Assembly: GCA_963716395.1 (NCBI GenBank)
Contig: OY970309.1
Location: 2,976,001 to 3,040,000 of the forward strand
Source of the DNA: an uncultured Fibrobacteria bacterium
GTDB taxonomy: Bacteria > Fibrobacterota > Fibrobacteria > UBA11236
DNA length: 64,000 nucleotides
Reading direction: 5' to 3'
In this document: positions 1 to 9,357 of the stretch, piece by piece
Layout of the letters: each line of letters begins with the position of its first letter
Numbering within the stretch: the first letter of the stretch is position 1
Notes under the pieces: generated by a model
Told to the model about the DNA's origin: nothing
Databases searched by the model: none
The model's input: only the letters and a program-made list of their open reading frames with translations
Made by a program: the position numbers and the translations under genes

Positions 1-898
1 GAGCCGCCAGTTCGCGGCCGCGCTGCGAACCGATGAACTCCAGCACTTCGGGCGCATCGTTGAAGTGCCCGATTTTCCGGTTCTCGCGGCTGAGCTTGCC
101 CCGCAGAGGCGGCATCAAGGCTGCGGCAAAATCACGGCGGCGTTCCGCGTCCAGAGCTTCGACCTTGGGACCGCCGAAGGGCCGGCCGGTGTTTTTCGCA
201 TCAAGATAATTTTGCGCCTTGCGAATCACGCTCAAGGTGTTTTCATAGCATTCCTTCGAGGTGCTTCCCCAGGTGAAAAAGCCGTGGCCTCCCAGCATGA
301 TACCCGTGATGCCGGGTTTGGCGCGGCACAAGGCTTCGAGTTTGAGGCCCAGATCGAAACCGGGCCGCTGCCACGGCAGCCATCCCAATGCGCCGGCGAA
401 AATCTTCTGCGTCAAAGCTTCGCCGTTTTTGGCAGCCGCGATGGCGATCACGGCGTCGGGATGAACATGATCCACATGCGGATACGGAATGTAGGCATGC
501 AGCGGCGTGTCGATGCTGGCGGCCCGCGGGTTCAGGTCGAAGGTGCAATGCGGCAGATAATCCACCATCTCGTCTTCCTGCGCCAGGCCGCGGTACAGCG
601 CCTTGAGGCTTTGCAGCTTGTCGAGATACAAGGTCGCGAACCCGTTCAATTTCATGCTGCCCAAGTCGCCGCCCGAACCTTTGACCCACAGGACTTCGAC
701 TTTTTGGCCCGTGAGCGGATCTTTCATCGCCACCTTGGCCGAGGTGTTTCCACCACCGTAATTGGTGACGCACAAATCCGATCCCAGCAGGTTGGAGCGG
801 TACAGCAGCAGTTTTTCTTCGGGCCAGCCCTGGCAGGCGGCATCGTCCCACCGGCTGGGAATGTCGGATTCGGTCGCCGAGGTTGCGGTCGGGTTCAT
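1..898 (-). CDS. Bifunctional rhamnulose-1-phosphate aldolase / short-chain dehydrogenase family protein (5' part; runs off window)
   Basis: Not in the ORF track because it is open to the window edge. Translated by hand from ATG at 898 (ATGA overlap with upstream stop): [19 protein letters not shown]...[22 protein letters not shown]...[12 protein letters not shown]...ASIDTPLHA...DHVHPD...GHGFFTWG. These are class II aldolase motifs typical of the RhaD/YuxG-type fusion; the SDR half lies outside the window. Confidence 0.88.
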   Translation of the reverse strand, partial: MNPTATSATESDIPSRWDDAACQGWPEEKLLLYRSNLLGSDLCVTNYGGGNTSAKVAMKDPLTGQKVEVLWVKGSGGDLGSMKLNGFATLYLDKLQSLKALYRGLAQEDEMVDYLPHCTFDLNPRAASIDTPLHAYIPYPHVDHVHPDAVIAIAAAKNGEALTQKIFAGALGWLPWQRPGFDLGLKLEALCRAKPGITGIMLGGHGFFTWGSTSKECYENTLSVIRKAQNYLDAKNTGRPFGGPKVEALDAERRRDFAAALMPPLRGKLSRENRKIGHFNDAPEVLEFIGSQRGRELAA

Positions 899-2037
899 TT
901 CGCCACCTCGACCCATCGCCCGCTTTTGGCCGAGTCGAGTACGGCGTCGCAGATGCGCTGCGTTTCCAACGCATCGCGAAAGGTGGGGCCCGTCGGCTGG
1001 CCCTTGGCCAAGCCGTCGAGAAAGTCGGCGATTTGATGCACGAAAGAATGCTCGTAACCGATGGCCAGTCCCGGCACCCACCAATGGCTCATATACGGGT
1101 GATCGCGGTCGGTGATATGCAGCGATCGCCATCCGCGCAATTGCCCTTCGTCGCGGTGATCAAACCATTGCAGGCGGTGCAAGTCGTGCAGATCCCAGGC
1201 GATGGAGGCGTGCTCGCCATTGATCTCCAAAGTGTATTGGGCCTTATGCCCGCGCGCGTAGCGCGTCGATTCAAAGGTGGCGAGCGATCCGTTTTCGAAG
1301 CGCGCTAAAAAGGCGCAGGCATCGTCGATATTCACCTTTTCGACCTTGCCGGTGAGATTGTGCTGCCGCTCCTTGATGAAGGTTTCGGTCATGGCCGAAA
1401 CCGCGTGGACCGAACCGTTGAGCCACACCGCCGTATCGATGCAATGCGCCAACAAATCGCCGGTGACGCCCGAGCCCGCGGCGGCCGCGTCGAGCCGCCA
1501 CAATCCCGTGCCGCCTTGCGGCAGTTCCGGAGAGATGGTCCAGTCTTGCAGGAACTTGGAGCGGTAATGAAAAATTTTTCCCAACCGGCCTTCGTCGATG
1601 AGCTGTTTGGCCAACGTCACGGCCGGAATGCGGCGGTAATTGTACCAGACCATGTTGGGCACGCCGGCGGCTTCCACGGCCGTGACCATTTTCTCGCCCT
1701 CTTGGGAATCGCGCGCCAGGGGTTTTTCGGTCAGCACGATTTTCCCGGCCTTGGCCGCGGCGATGGCGATTTCCATGTGGCTGTCGTTGGGCGTGCAGAT
1801 GTCGACGAGATCGATGTCTTTGCGCTCGATGAGTTTGCGCCAGTCGGTTTCCACCGATTCGTAACCCCATTGCTCGGCGAAGGCCCGGGCGTTTTTTTCA
1901 TTCCGGCCGCATACCGCTTTCAGCGCGGGCTGCGCCTCGACGTCGAAGAAATTCCCCACCCGGCGGTAGGCGTTGGAATGGGCGCGGCCCATGAAGCCGC
2001 ATCCGACCAGGCCGACGTTGATTTGTTTCTTGGCCAT
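895..2037 (-). CDS. Gfo/Idh/MocA family NAD(P)-dependent oxidoreductase
   Basis: [21 protein letters not shown] Rossmann motif, EKP motif, GDLLAH. Start moved to ATG 2037 (RBS GAAGGGA upstream); the track's 2316 start overlaps the next gene. Confidence 0.92.
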   Translation of the reverse strand: MAKKQINVGLVGCGFMGRAHSNAYRRVGNFFDVEAQPALKAVCGRNEKNARAFAEQWGYESVETDWRKLIERKDIDLVDICTPNDSHMEIAIAAAKAGKIVLTEKPLARDSQEGEKMVTAVEAAGVPNMVWYNYRRIPAVTLAKQLIDEGRLGKIFHYRSKFLQDWTISPELPQGGTGLWRLDAAAAGSGVTGDLLAHCIDTAVWLNGSVHAVSAMTETFIKERQHNLTGKVEKVNIDDACAFLARFENGSLATFESTRYARGHKAQYTLEINGEHASIAWDLHDLHRLQWFDHRDEGQLRGWRSLHITDRDHPYMSHWWVPGLAIGYEHSFVHQIADFLDGLAKGQPTGPTFRDALETQRICDAVLDSAKSGRWVEVAK

Positions 2038-2047
2038 GCTAATCCCT

Positions 2048-3082
2048 TCAGTTCCAGCCGTGTTGTTCCCGGACCGCAAGCATCGCGGCCAGGATTTTGT
2101 TCCAGGTTTCCTGTTGCTCCATGACGGCGTTGGGAAACATGCAGCCATCCCAGCAGACGTGTTTGATTTCGATGTGCCGGCCGTTTCGATCCCGCAGCCA
2201 GAAGCCGGCGTGGTAAGGAATGTCCAGCTTTCCGTTCGGGTCGTCCACCTGACAATGGCGCCCGGTCTTGTCATGGGAACCGGAGCCGAATACGCCGGCA
2301 TCGTTCTGGGCGACATGAAAGTCCTTGACCCAGGGCCGCAGCTTGTCCGTCAGGGCCCGGTAACCCTGGTCGAAGGCTGCCTTTTCCCAGTTGAAGCCGG
2401 CCGGGACCAGCGCATCCTCCGGCGCATTATAGCCGAGCATGAAGAGGAGGGTATGCGCCATGTCGGCCTGGATGCCGACGGTCTTGGGATTGTCGACGCC
2501 TTCCAGAATTTGCAAGAGGGATTTCCAGCCGTGCATGCCGCCCCAGCAGATTTCGCCTTCGAGGGCCAACTGCTCGCCGAAGCTTTCGGCGATGCGGGCG
2601 GCTTCTTTGACGGTCGCGATGTTTTTCTTCTGGTTGCCCTCCGGATCCTGGGCGAAGTTGGCGGGGCTGTTGGCGGTGTCGATGCGGATGACGCCGTACT
2701 TGCGGATGCCGATATCCTTCAGCTTTTTGCCTAGGGCGCACGCCTTCCGGAGCGCGGTCAGATAGTTCTTGCGATCTTCCTCGGTGCCGAAGGCGCCGCC
2801 GCCGCCCCAGATGGGCGCGACCAGCGATCCAATCACCAGGCCCTTGGATCCGACTTGCTCGGCCAGTTTTTTGAGCGCATCATCCGTGGAATCGAGATCC
2901 TGATGCGGCAGGGAGAGAAACAGATCGATCCCGTCGAAGCCGACGCCGTTTACTGATGCGTTGGCCGTCAACTCCAGCATTCTGTCCTGGGAAATGACCG
3001 GTTCGGCTCCCGGCTCTTTGCCGCCCTTCCCGACGAGTCCGGGCCAGGCGGCGTTATGTAATTTCGGGAATGCATTTGCCAT
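2048..3082 (-). CDS. Sugar phosphate isomerase/epimerase (xylose-isomerase-like TIM barrel)
   Basis: Metal-ligand pattern E ([10 protein letters not shown]), DxxH (QADMAH), H (FHVAQNDA) and late acidic WDGC; RBS GAGGAG; lies in the sugar operon. Confidence 0.85.
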   Translation of the reverse strand: MANAFPKLHNAAWPGLVGKGGKEPGAEPVISQDRMLELTANASVNGVGFDGIDLFLSLPHQDLDSTDDALKKLAEQVGSKGLVIGSLVAPIWGGGGAFGTEEDRKNYLTALRKACALGKKLKDIGIRKYGVIRIDTANSPANFAQDPEGNQKKNIATVKEAARIAESFGEQLALEGEICWGGMHGWKSLLQILEGVDNPKTVGIQADMAHTLLFMLGYNAPEDALVPAGFNWEKAAFDQGYRALTDKLRPWVKDFHVAQNDAGVFGSGSHDKTGRHCQVDDPNGKLDIPYHAGFWLRDRNGRHIEIKHVCWDGCMFPNAVMEQQETWNKILAAMLAVREQHGWN

Positions 3083-3156
3083 GATTAACTCCTCGTTGTG
3101 AAAGGGTGAGGTTGACTTGCGCGTTTCCCCACGGCGCGGCCCTCCGCGCCGGCTCT

Positions 3157-4449
3157 TTACCGCACCTTTATTGCGTGGCTCTTGAAGGCGCCGGTATGCG
3201 GTGCCTTCGGAGCCGCATCCGGCCCGAAATACCGCAGGGTGACCAGGGGCTCGGACCCGGTGTTCTCAAAGGTTACCCCTTGCGTGGCGGCTTCGTAAGA
3301 GACGAAGACTTCGTCCTCGGTCATGGCTCCGAAGCGGATCATGTTGGGTGATTGCAGCGTATGCCGGCCGAGGCGGCCCATGCCCTGCACGGTGATGAGG
3401 CCGTAGGCGCCTCCGTCTTTGATGGTCGCTTTCGCTCCGGGGTCGAGGGTCAGTTCCTTGGCGGAGAACAGGTCCCGATCGCCGGGGTGGGCGCCGCGGT
3501 TTGGTCCGCCGAAACGGCCATACACCACCCAGCGGTCCTGATAGCCTTCGGTTGCGGTGTCACCGATTGGAATCGGCTCCAGATAATGGTGATCGCGGAA
3601 ATTCGGGTCCACGTTGGCTTCCCAATCGAGTTGGTTGACGAGGTAGTCGAGATCGTTCTTGAACTCCTCGGGAGTGTCTTTTACGAACAGTTCCCACTCC
3701 ACGCGGCGGCCTTCGACCATGCTCTGGTACATGGCAAACACGTCGCTGCCCCATTGCGGCTCGTAGGTGAGCAGCGACCCGGGCGCATGCAGCACGCAGG
3801 CGGGAACGTGCCAGCCGGTGCCGGGATTGAGGCGATACGCCTTGGAGAGATTGAGGATGCCGTTATCGCCCTTGTTCCAGTTCTCGAGACAGCGGTGCAC
3901 ATCGGCTTTGGTCACCCCGGGCTCCAAACCGAAATAGGTATGGGGGAAGTTGTTGCCGATGGAATTGAGCTGGGGCGGGAAGTAGTAACATTCTGGTTTC
4001 CCCTCCTGTCCCACCTTGGCGGCCTGCTCCTCGTTGTGGTGCATGTGATGGGGGATCGGACCCAAATTGTCGAAGAATTTGGAGTACACCGGCCAGCGAC
4101 GATACTTTTCCCACATGGCCTTGCCGATTAGGCGCGGGCCTTCGGCCGCCACGGCTTCGAGCAGGGTGAAGCGTTCGCCGTCGTGGACGACATAGCTCAA
4201 TCCTTCGTCGATGGCCCGGTTGTCGTTGCCGGCTTCGGTGGTGGAGGCGAACCAACGTTCGTCGATGCCGCCGCGGTGCGCGCCCAGGGCATAATAGTCG
4301 TCGGGATGAAGTTTGAGCCGCCGGCCCGGCATGAGAAATGAGCGCGGCACCCAGCACGGAGCCAAACGCAGTACGCCTTCGCCGGCCTCCAGCGCCGCGC
4401 GCACCTTGGGTTTGGCATCGGTTTTGGGAAGAATTGCGGTATCAGTCAA
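3157..4449 (-). CDS. Cupin-fold protein related to type I phosphomannose isomerase
   Basis: PIPHHMHH, GKPECYYF and LHAPG..EPQWGSD mirror PMI-I motifs. TTG start at 4449 is preceded by GGAGG (track start 4464). Confidence 0.7.
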   Translation of the reverse strand: MTDTAILPKTDAKPKVRAALEAGEGVLRLAPCWVPRSFLMPGRRLKLHPDDYYALGAHRGGIDERWFASTTEAGNDNRAIDEGLSYVVHDGERFTLLEAVAAEGPRLIGKAMWEKYRRWPVYSKFFDNLGPIPHHMHHNEEQAAKVGQEGKPECYYFPPQLNSIGNNFPHTYFGLEPGVTKADVHRCLENWNKGDNGILNLSKAYRLNPGTGWHVPACVLHAPGSLLTYEPQWGSDVFAMYQSMVEGRRVEWELFVKDTPEEFKNDLDYLVNQLDWEANVDPNFRDHHYLEPIPIGDTATEGYQDRWVVYGRFGGPNRGAHPGDRDLFSAKELTLDPGAKATIKDGGAYGLITVQGMGRLGRHTLQSPNMIRFGAMTEDEVFVSYEAATQGVTFENTGSEPLVTLRYFGPDAAPKAPHTGAFKSHAIKVR

Positions 4450-4602
4450 AGTACGCCTCCGCAACGGAATGAGAGTGAGATCTGCACTGCAAATTACTCA
4501 GCTCGGGTGTTCCGGCATTTTCGATCCGGCTACTAAGATATAACTTCTTTACCCGAAGTGATTTTCAAATTTTTGTCGGTTTCCGATTCAATTCAAGGCA
4601 AT

Positions 4603-4623
4603 TCCAGGGTGAAATTCCCTGGA
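4603..4623. promoter_or_regulatory. Short inverted repeat (operator or hairpin) upstream of the sugar operon
   Basis: TCCAGGG-TGAAATT-CCCTGGA in the intergenic region; function not determined. Confidence 0.3.
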
Positions 4624-4683
4624 GAAAGGCCAAAGCCGCGGTGGAATCCAAGGCATTTTTCTTCGCCGCTTGGGTTGAGCGGG

Positions 4684-5796
4684 TTACCGGTAAAGAAAAT
4701 TCCAGTCCACCGGCGCCAGCAGGTGGTGGCCGTTTAATCCTGTGATTTCAATCGCGCTTCCATCTGAATCGCGTCGGATGCTGCGCACGCCTCCGAAGTT
4801 TTTCGGGATTGGGTGTACGAGGTGGATGACCCGGACGATTTTCGGCGCCTTGCGGCGAAACGCAAAGCTGGTTGGGATTCCGAAACTCCGCAGGCGATCC
4901 TGGCGCGCCACCTCCGGGCCATCCGAGTAATGGCTGCACACCTCTTCCAGCCCCAGGCGTCCGCGATGGATTCCGTTCCAGGGCGGCGCATGCCGGCCGC
5001 CGTTGGAAATCCAGAACAAGGTGCTCGGCAAGACGCGCGGATCCTTCAAGGCGATCCAGACGTAGCCGTCCAAGGTGGCGGCGGTCCAGGCGAAGTCGCC
5101 GGTGCGGCTGCTCAGCATGACGAGATCGTCGAAACCCGGTCGGGCCGGATAGGCGTGCAACGACGTGGTTCCGCCCGTGGCCAGGGCCACCTTGGCCAAT
5201 GAGGTGAAGCGCGCCCCGGTTTTGAGGGCCCCGTATTCGCGCGCCGCGGGATTGGAAAACAACTCGGGTTTTACGCGGCCGAAGCGAAAAGGGCTGACGT
5301 TCACATGATAAGGCCCTCCGGTTTCGGGAAAGCGGAGAATGGCGTGATGACCGAAGTTGAAGCGGCCCTGTAGGCCCTCGATCACATGTTCTTGATAAAT
5401 CGCGCGTTGTCCGGCGCGAATGCCAATGGTTTTCGTGACCCGGCACGCCGGTCGGCGTACCTGCATGTCCAAGACCAGACGCCCGGGGTCGGCCGAGGCG
5501 AGTTTCCATTCGGCATTGGCGGTGTCTCCGTGCACGTTGGAAATGCCGAGGCTGGATCCGAAAGGCAAGCAGAAATAATCGCCTCGCAGCACCCGAATAA
5601 CCGGGTCGCCTTCAGCGAGATCCTGAGGCTTCCACGGGGCGAGGGCAAAGGGCTCGACCCAGCGTTGGCCCAGGCGAAATCGCACCGGCGCGAGATGTCC
5701 GGCGCGACGCGTCAGGGTGGCTTTCACGACTTTGTTGGCAAGTATAAACGAAGGTTCCCCGTGTACGGTGACCAAGTCATCCAATGGCATTTTCAC
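4684..5796 (-). CDS. Hypothetical protein, probable aldose-1-epimerase/galactose-mutarotase-like beta-sandwich
   Basis: 370-aa ORF with RGDYFCLPFG, HG, GHHA and late LGLEE motifs reminiscent of the mutarotase superfamily; upstream of and co-oriented with the sugar operon. Confidence 0.6.
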   Translation of the reverse strand: MKMPLDDLVTVHGEPSFILANKVVKATLTRRAGHLAPVRFRLGQRWVEPFALAPWKPQDLAEGDPVIRVLRGDYFCLPFGSSLGISNVHGDTANAEWKLASADPGRLVLDMQVRRPACRVTKTIGIRAGQRAIYQEHVIEGLQGRFNFGHHAILRFPETGGPYHVNVSPFRFGRVKPELFSNPAAREYGALKTGARFTSLAKVALATGGTTSLHAYPARPGFDDLVMLSSRTGDFAWTAATLDGYVWIALKDPRVLPSTLFWISNGGRHAPPWNGIHRGRLGLEEVCSHYSDGPEVARQDRLRSFGIPTSFAFRRKAPKIVRVIHLVHPIPKNFGGVRSIRRDSDGSAIEITGLNGHHLLAPVDWNFLYR

Positions 5797-6178
5797 CTTA
5801 TCCTTTGCGAAGCAAAAGCGTTCTCCACATTCCGGGTTCTGGTCGGATAGAATCCAATCATGTGTCCATTTAAATCCAACAACTTACTTTTAGAATTAAA
5901 GGCAACTTTGGGTTTGAAAAGGGTCAATCGACCTGCACGGTTTTGGCGTCGATGCCTCAGAATCACAGAAGGTATTCAAGCTCAATAAATGGGAGCGCGT
6001 AAATTCCTTTTCATCCCCAGTTTTAAGGGATAGAGTTGGGGTTGCGAATATTTTTGGCGGAAAAACCGAGGTTATGGTAACGACTCAGTGAATTCGATGG
6101 CATGAATGTCTGAAATCCGGGAAGATAGGCGTTGGTTTTCTGAGAACGTTGAACCTTTGACAAATTACTGGGGATGCT

Positions 6179-7966
6179 ATGAACGCTTTTAAACTCACCG
6201 CTTTGGGATGCCTGCTTTGGATACCGGCTGGCGCGCAATTCACCTCCAGTAGTTGTCCCGGCGGAGCGGGTGCAACCTTGGCCCCCTCGGATTTCACCTT
6301 CACCGAGCTCGCCAAAGGCTCGAACTCGGTATGGAACGAGCCGGTGAGTTTCGACTTGCAAGGCGTTTATAATGCCGCCGGGGATTCGGTCACCCAAGTC
6401 AACATGTTCTTCGCGGAACGCACCACCGGCAATGTCATGTATTACGACGGAGCCACCGGTAAATTGAGCGTGGCGGGAACGATTCCCACTTACGGGCAGA
6501 CGAACACCGGCGAACAAGACAACGGCTTGATGGGCGTGGTGGTCGATCCCAATTACAATACCGATCGCTTCATCTACGTCTGGTTTTCGGCGCCGATAGC
6601 CAACCCGAATGATAATCGCCGCATGCGGTTGGCGCGCATCAAGGTCAATGCCGACAATACCTTGAACATGTCGTCCGAGCAGATCATGATCGACATTCTC
6701 GAGAGTAAAACCGATCAATGGCATACCGGTGGGCCGATGCAATTCGACAGCTATGGCGATCTCTGGGGCACCATGGGAAACAACAGTACTGATGTGGATC
6801 CCGCGGGAGATCAAATCGGCTCGACCGACAGTTCCAACACTGCCATGTGGGGCCCGCCCAACACGGCCAGCCTGCGGGGCGGCATTTGGCGCATTCATCC
6901 CGACACGACTGCAACTTCGGTCGACACGGTCGGGCGCAGCATTTATGGGCCGGGATATACCATTCCCGCCGGCAATTTCGGCGATTACTGGGCGACGCAA
7001 TTTCAAAGCCAGGGGCTTACCGGCTTGGCGGCGGAATATCGCAATCCCAAGAAAGTGCTTCCGGAGATTTACGTGAAGGGCGAGCGCAGCAATTTTTCCC
7101 TGCACATCGATGCCAAAAAGCGTTGGCTCACTTGGGGAACGGTGAATTACAATTCCGACGCCGACGAGTTTAATTTGGTCACCCATCCCGCCTTTACGGG
7201 CATGCCTTTTTGGGAAGGCAACAACCGGCAATTACCGTGGCCGAGCGGTTATAGCAACAATCTGAATATGCCCACCAACTTCTCTCCTTTTAACAGCGGG
7301 GTTGACACCTTGCCTCCCGCCACTCCCAGCGTGTTTGCCTGCTGCTCGCCCATGAGCAACAATACGGCCATGGGCGGTCCGATTTACGAATTCAATCCCT
7401 ATTTGAAAAACCGGGGAAAGCTGCCGCCCCATTTCAATAACTATTGGTTCAACATGAATTTTCAGGCAAGCACGATTTGGACCAGCCCGGTGGATACCAC
7501 CAACCCGACCGCCCCGGGAACTCCGGTGCAATTGAGCGGTACGGGAAAACTGTGGGCCAATTTGCCCTTGCGCAGTCCTTTGAGTATCAAGGTCGGTCCG
7601 GACGGGGCGATGTACATCCTGAACTACGATGGCTATTACAGCACGATGAACCCGAGCGTCGCCCGAGTGACCTATACCGGCAGTTGCGTGGTGGTACAGC
7701 AAGCGGTTGCCGTGAAGCCCAAAATCGCCGAACCCGAAGTCGAATTTTCCGCCACCCAAAACGATTTTTGGATTGGCGAACAGGGGCCGCATGAATTCAG
7801 CTTATACGATCTGCAAGGCCACCGCTTGGTGCGATTGTTGGGGACCGGCCCTACCCAGTATTCCTTTGCCGACTTGCACAGCCGCTATCAATTGAAGGCC
7901 GGCATCTATCTGGCCCGTCTGCAAACGACGCGGGGAACGCTGTTCCGTAAAATTTCCATGTTCTAG
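6179..7966 (+). CDS. Secreted PQQ-dependent sugar dehydrogenase (glucose/sorbosone dehydrogenase family) with C-terminal sorting domain
   Basis: Signal peptide (..PAGA-Q); GLMGVVVDPNY, HTGGPMQF, GERS(N), VGPDGAMY propeller motifs; tail SLYDLQGHRL...AGIYLARL. Confidence 0.82.
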   Translation: MNAFKLTALGCLLWIPAGAQFTSSSCPGGAGATLAPSDFTFTELAKGSNSVWNEPVSFDLQGVYNAAGDSVTQVNMFFAERTTGNVMYYDGATGKLSVAGTIPTYGQTNTGEQDNGLMGVVVDPNYNTDRFIYVWFSAPIANPNDNRRMRLARIKVNADNTLNMSSEQIMIDILESKTDQWHTGGPMQFDSYGDLWGTMGNNSTDVDPAGDQIGSTDSSNTAMWGPPNTASLRGGIWRIHPDTTATSVDTVGRSIYGPGYTIPAGNFGDYWATQFQSQGLTGLAAEYRNPKKVLPEIYVKGERSNFSLHIDAKKRWLTWGTVNYNSDADEFNLVTHPAFTGMPFWEGNNRQLPWPSGYSNNLNMPTNFSPFNSGVDTLPPATPSVFACCSPMSNNTAMGGPIYEFNPYLKNRGKLPPHFNNYWFNMNFQASTIWTSPVDTTNPTAPGTPVQLSGTGKLWANLPLRSPLSIKVGPDGAMYILNYDGYYSTMNPSVARVTYTGSCVVVQQAVAVKPKIAEPEVEFSATQNDFWIGEQGPHEFSLYDLQGHRLVRLLGTGPTQYSFADLHSRYQLKAGIYLARLQTTRGTLFRKISMF

Positions 7967-8006
7967 GGATCTCAGAAACCGAATTCAAAACGCACGCAAG
8001 CTCGAT

Positions 8007-8036
8007 CATTTCGACGCGACCAGGGTCGTCGAAATG
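8007..8036. terminator. Stem-loop, probable terminator
   Basis: Perfect 10-bp stem CATTTCGACG-N10-CGTCGAAATG, 40 nt after the dehydrogenase stop; no clear U-tract. Confidence 0.5.
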
Positions 8037-8252
8037 GGGTTATTCGTGATCGCCTAAAGTGACAATTCGCTTCGGTTTCGTTTTCTCCGGGTCTACTGTT
8101 CCCGCCTTGGTTCTCATATCCTTCGCTTCCATCCCACGGCAAAGGGTGATCGCGAAAAGACCTGCCTCTGGCCTAGGAAGCTGAAATGGAACGGAAATCG
8201 TGGTAACAAATAGTGGCAAATCGCATGTGGATTGCTGTGATATTCTATTTAA

Positions 8253-8265
8253 AATCAACATGTTA
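8253..8265 (+). promoter_or_regulatory. IHF-consensus site in AT-rich region
   Basis: AATCAACATGTTA matches WATCAANNNNTTR exactly. Confidence 0.4.
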
Positions 8266-8472
8266 TAAAGGTGGCTCGTAGTTTTCAACAGCGCTTAAAT
8301 TTCCACTAATTATCTGTAACTACAAAATTAGGAATGAGTTAAACCATATAAAATGTGTTGATAAATGTTTAACTAAGTAACCCTTTGAATAGATTATAGT
8401 TACGATAGATATTAACGCTTGAAAAAAAGATTTCCACCATTATTGGCCAGTTTTGCGGCCTATAAACAATGG

Positions 8473-9255
8473 CTACTTGTCGCTGTTTCCGGCACTTTCG
8501 CTATCCGCAGCGGATCCGGCATCCAAGTCAAAAAGTCTTTTCAAGGGGATGATTTTCAAACCTTTTTTGGGATCCACGGCATCCGAGATTTTATCAGCCG
8601 CAAATCCAATCAACAGCGGATGATCGGGGTGATTGGCCACGGCTTTGACGAAGGTCGAAGCGCTGTAGGCCGGCATTAAGAAATTCACCACGAAAGTGTC
8701 GAATTCGCAATCCTGCATCATTTCCAACGCCTCTTCGGGATCATCAGCGACCTCGACGATGGCGTTGGGGAGAATTTGCGAAATAATGGTGGTGGTTTCG
8801 CTCCGGCGCTGGCCTTCCTCATCCACCACCAGAATGTAGCGCTCCGAGGTGTCGGTGGGAACAAAAGTCGCTTCCCAGGATCCGTCGTCATCGCTCTCCA
8901 AGGCTTGGGCCAAATCTTTTTTTTCTTCTTCCACCATTTCCTCTTTCTCCTCGATATCCAAAGGCAGGTCTTCAGTAAAGGTGCTTCTGGGGGGCTTGGC
9001 GGCAGCCTTGGTCTCGTGACCCGGTGCCGGCGACTTGAGCGGTTTGTCGGCGACCGGCGCCGACGCATCCTTGGACGATACCGAAGTCGAAACGGTTTTC
9101 TTGGACGGCGCTTTGGGGTTGGGCTTTCCCGGTTTCGCCTTGGGCTTCGCCTCGCTTTTCGGCTTCTTGGCGGGGGCTTTTTGCGCAGGCTTCGGATCCG
9201 CTTTTTTGGCGGTGGCTTTGACCTTGGCTTTCGAGTGCTGCTTGGATTCGCTCAT
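8473..9255 (-). CDS. Hypothetical protein: Lys/Ala/Pro-rich N-terminus, acidic linker, atypical receiver-like domain
   Basis: ILVVDEE...A.DPEEAL....FDTFVVNFLMP resembles a receiver fold with the phosphoacceptor Asp replaced by Asn. Confidence 0.7.
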   Translation of the reverse strand: MSESKQHSKAKVKATAKKADPKPAQKAPAKKPKSEAKPKAKPGKPNPKAPSKKTVSTSVSSKDASAPVADKPLKSPAPGHETKAAAKPPRSTFTEDLPLDIEEKEEMVEEEKKDLAQALESDDDGSWEATFVPTDTSERYILVVDEEGQRRSETTTIISQILPNAIVEVADDPEEALEMMQDCEFDTFVVNFLMPAYSASTFVKAVANHPDHPLLIGFAADKISDAVDPKKGLKIIPLKRLFDLDAGSAADSESAGNSDK

Positions 9256-9357
9256 AACGCCTTCGCGGAAAATTTTAAGGGAAGGCCAAATATACTAGAA
9301 CCGATGTCAAAAATCTTACCGGCGCCAAGTCGGAGCAACAATTTGTCTGCGGATCAA

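Noticed and set aside
65-1036. 323-aa plus-strand ORF and 243-aa minus-strand ORF at the window start
   Set aside because: Both are shadows of the real RhaD-like gene in another minus-strand frame, which the track misses because it has no stop within the window.
8136-8180. GGCAAA...GCCTCTGGCCTA resembling a c-di-GMP-I riboswitch
   Set aside because: Lacks the GACGCAAAG core and a convincing P2 stem, and there is no downstream plus-strand gene.
8220-8440. Call as chromosomal oriC or dif
   Set aside because: No perfect DnaA box, no dnaA/gidA/parAB nearby and no good dif match; kept only as an alternative in the findings.
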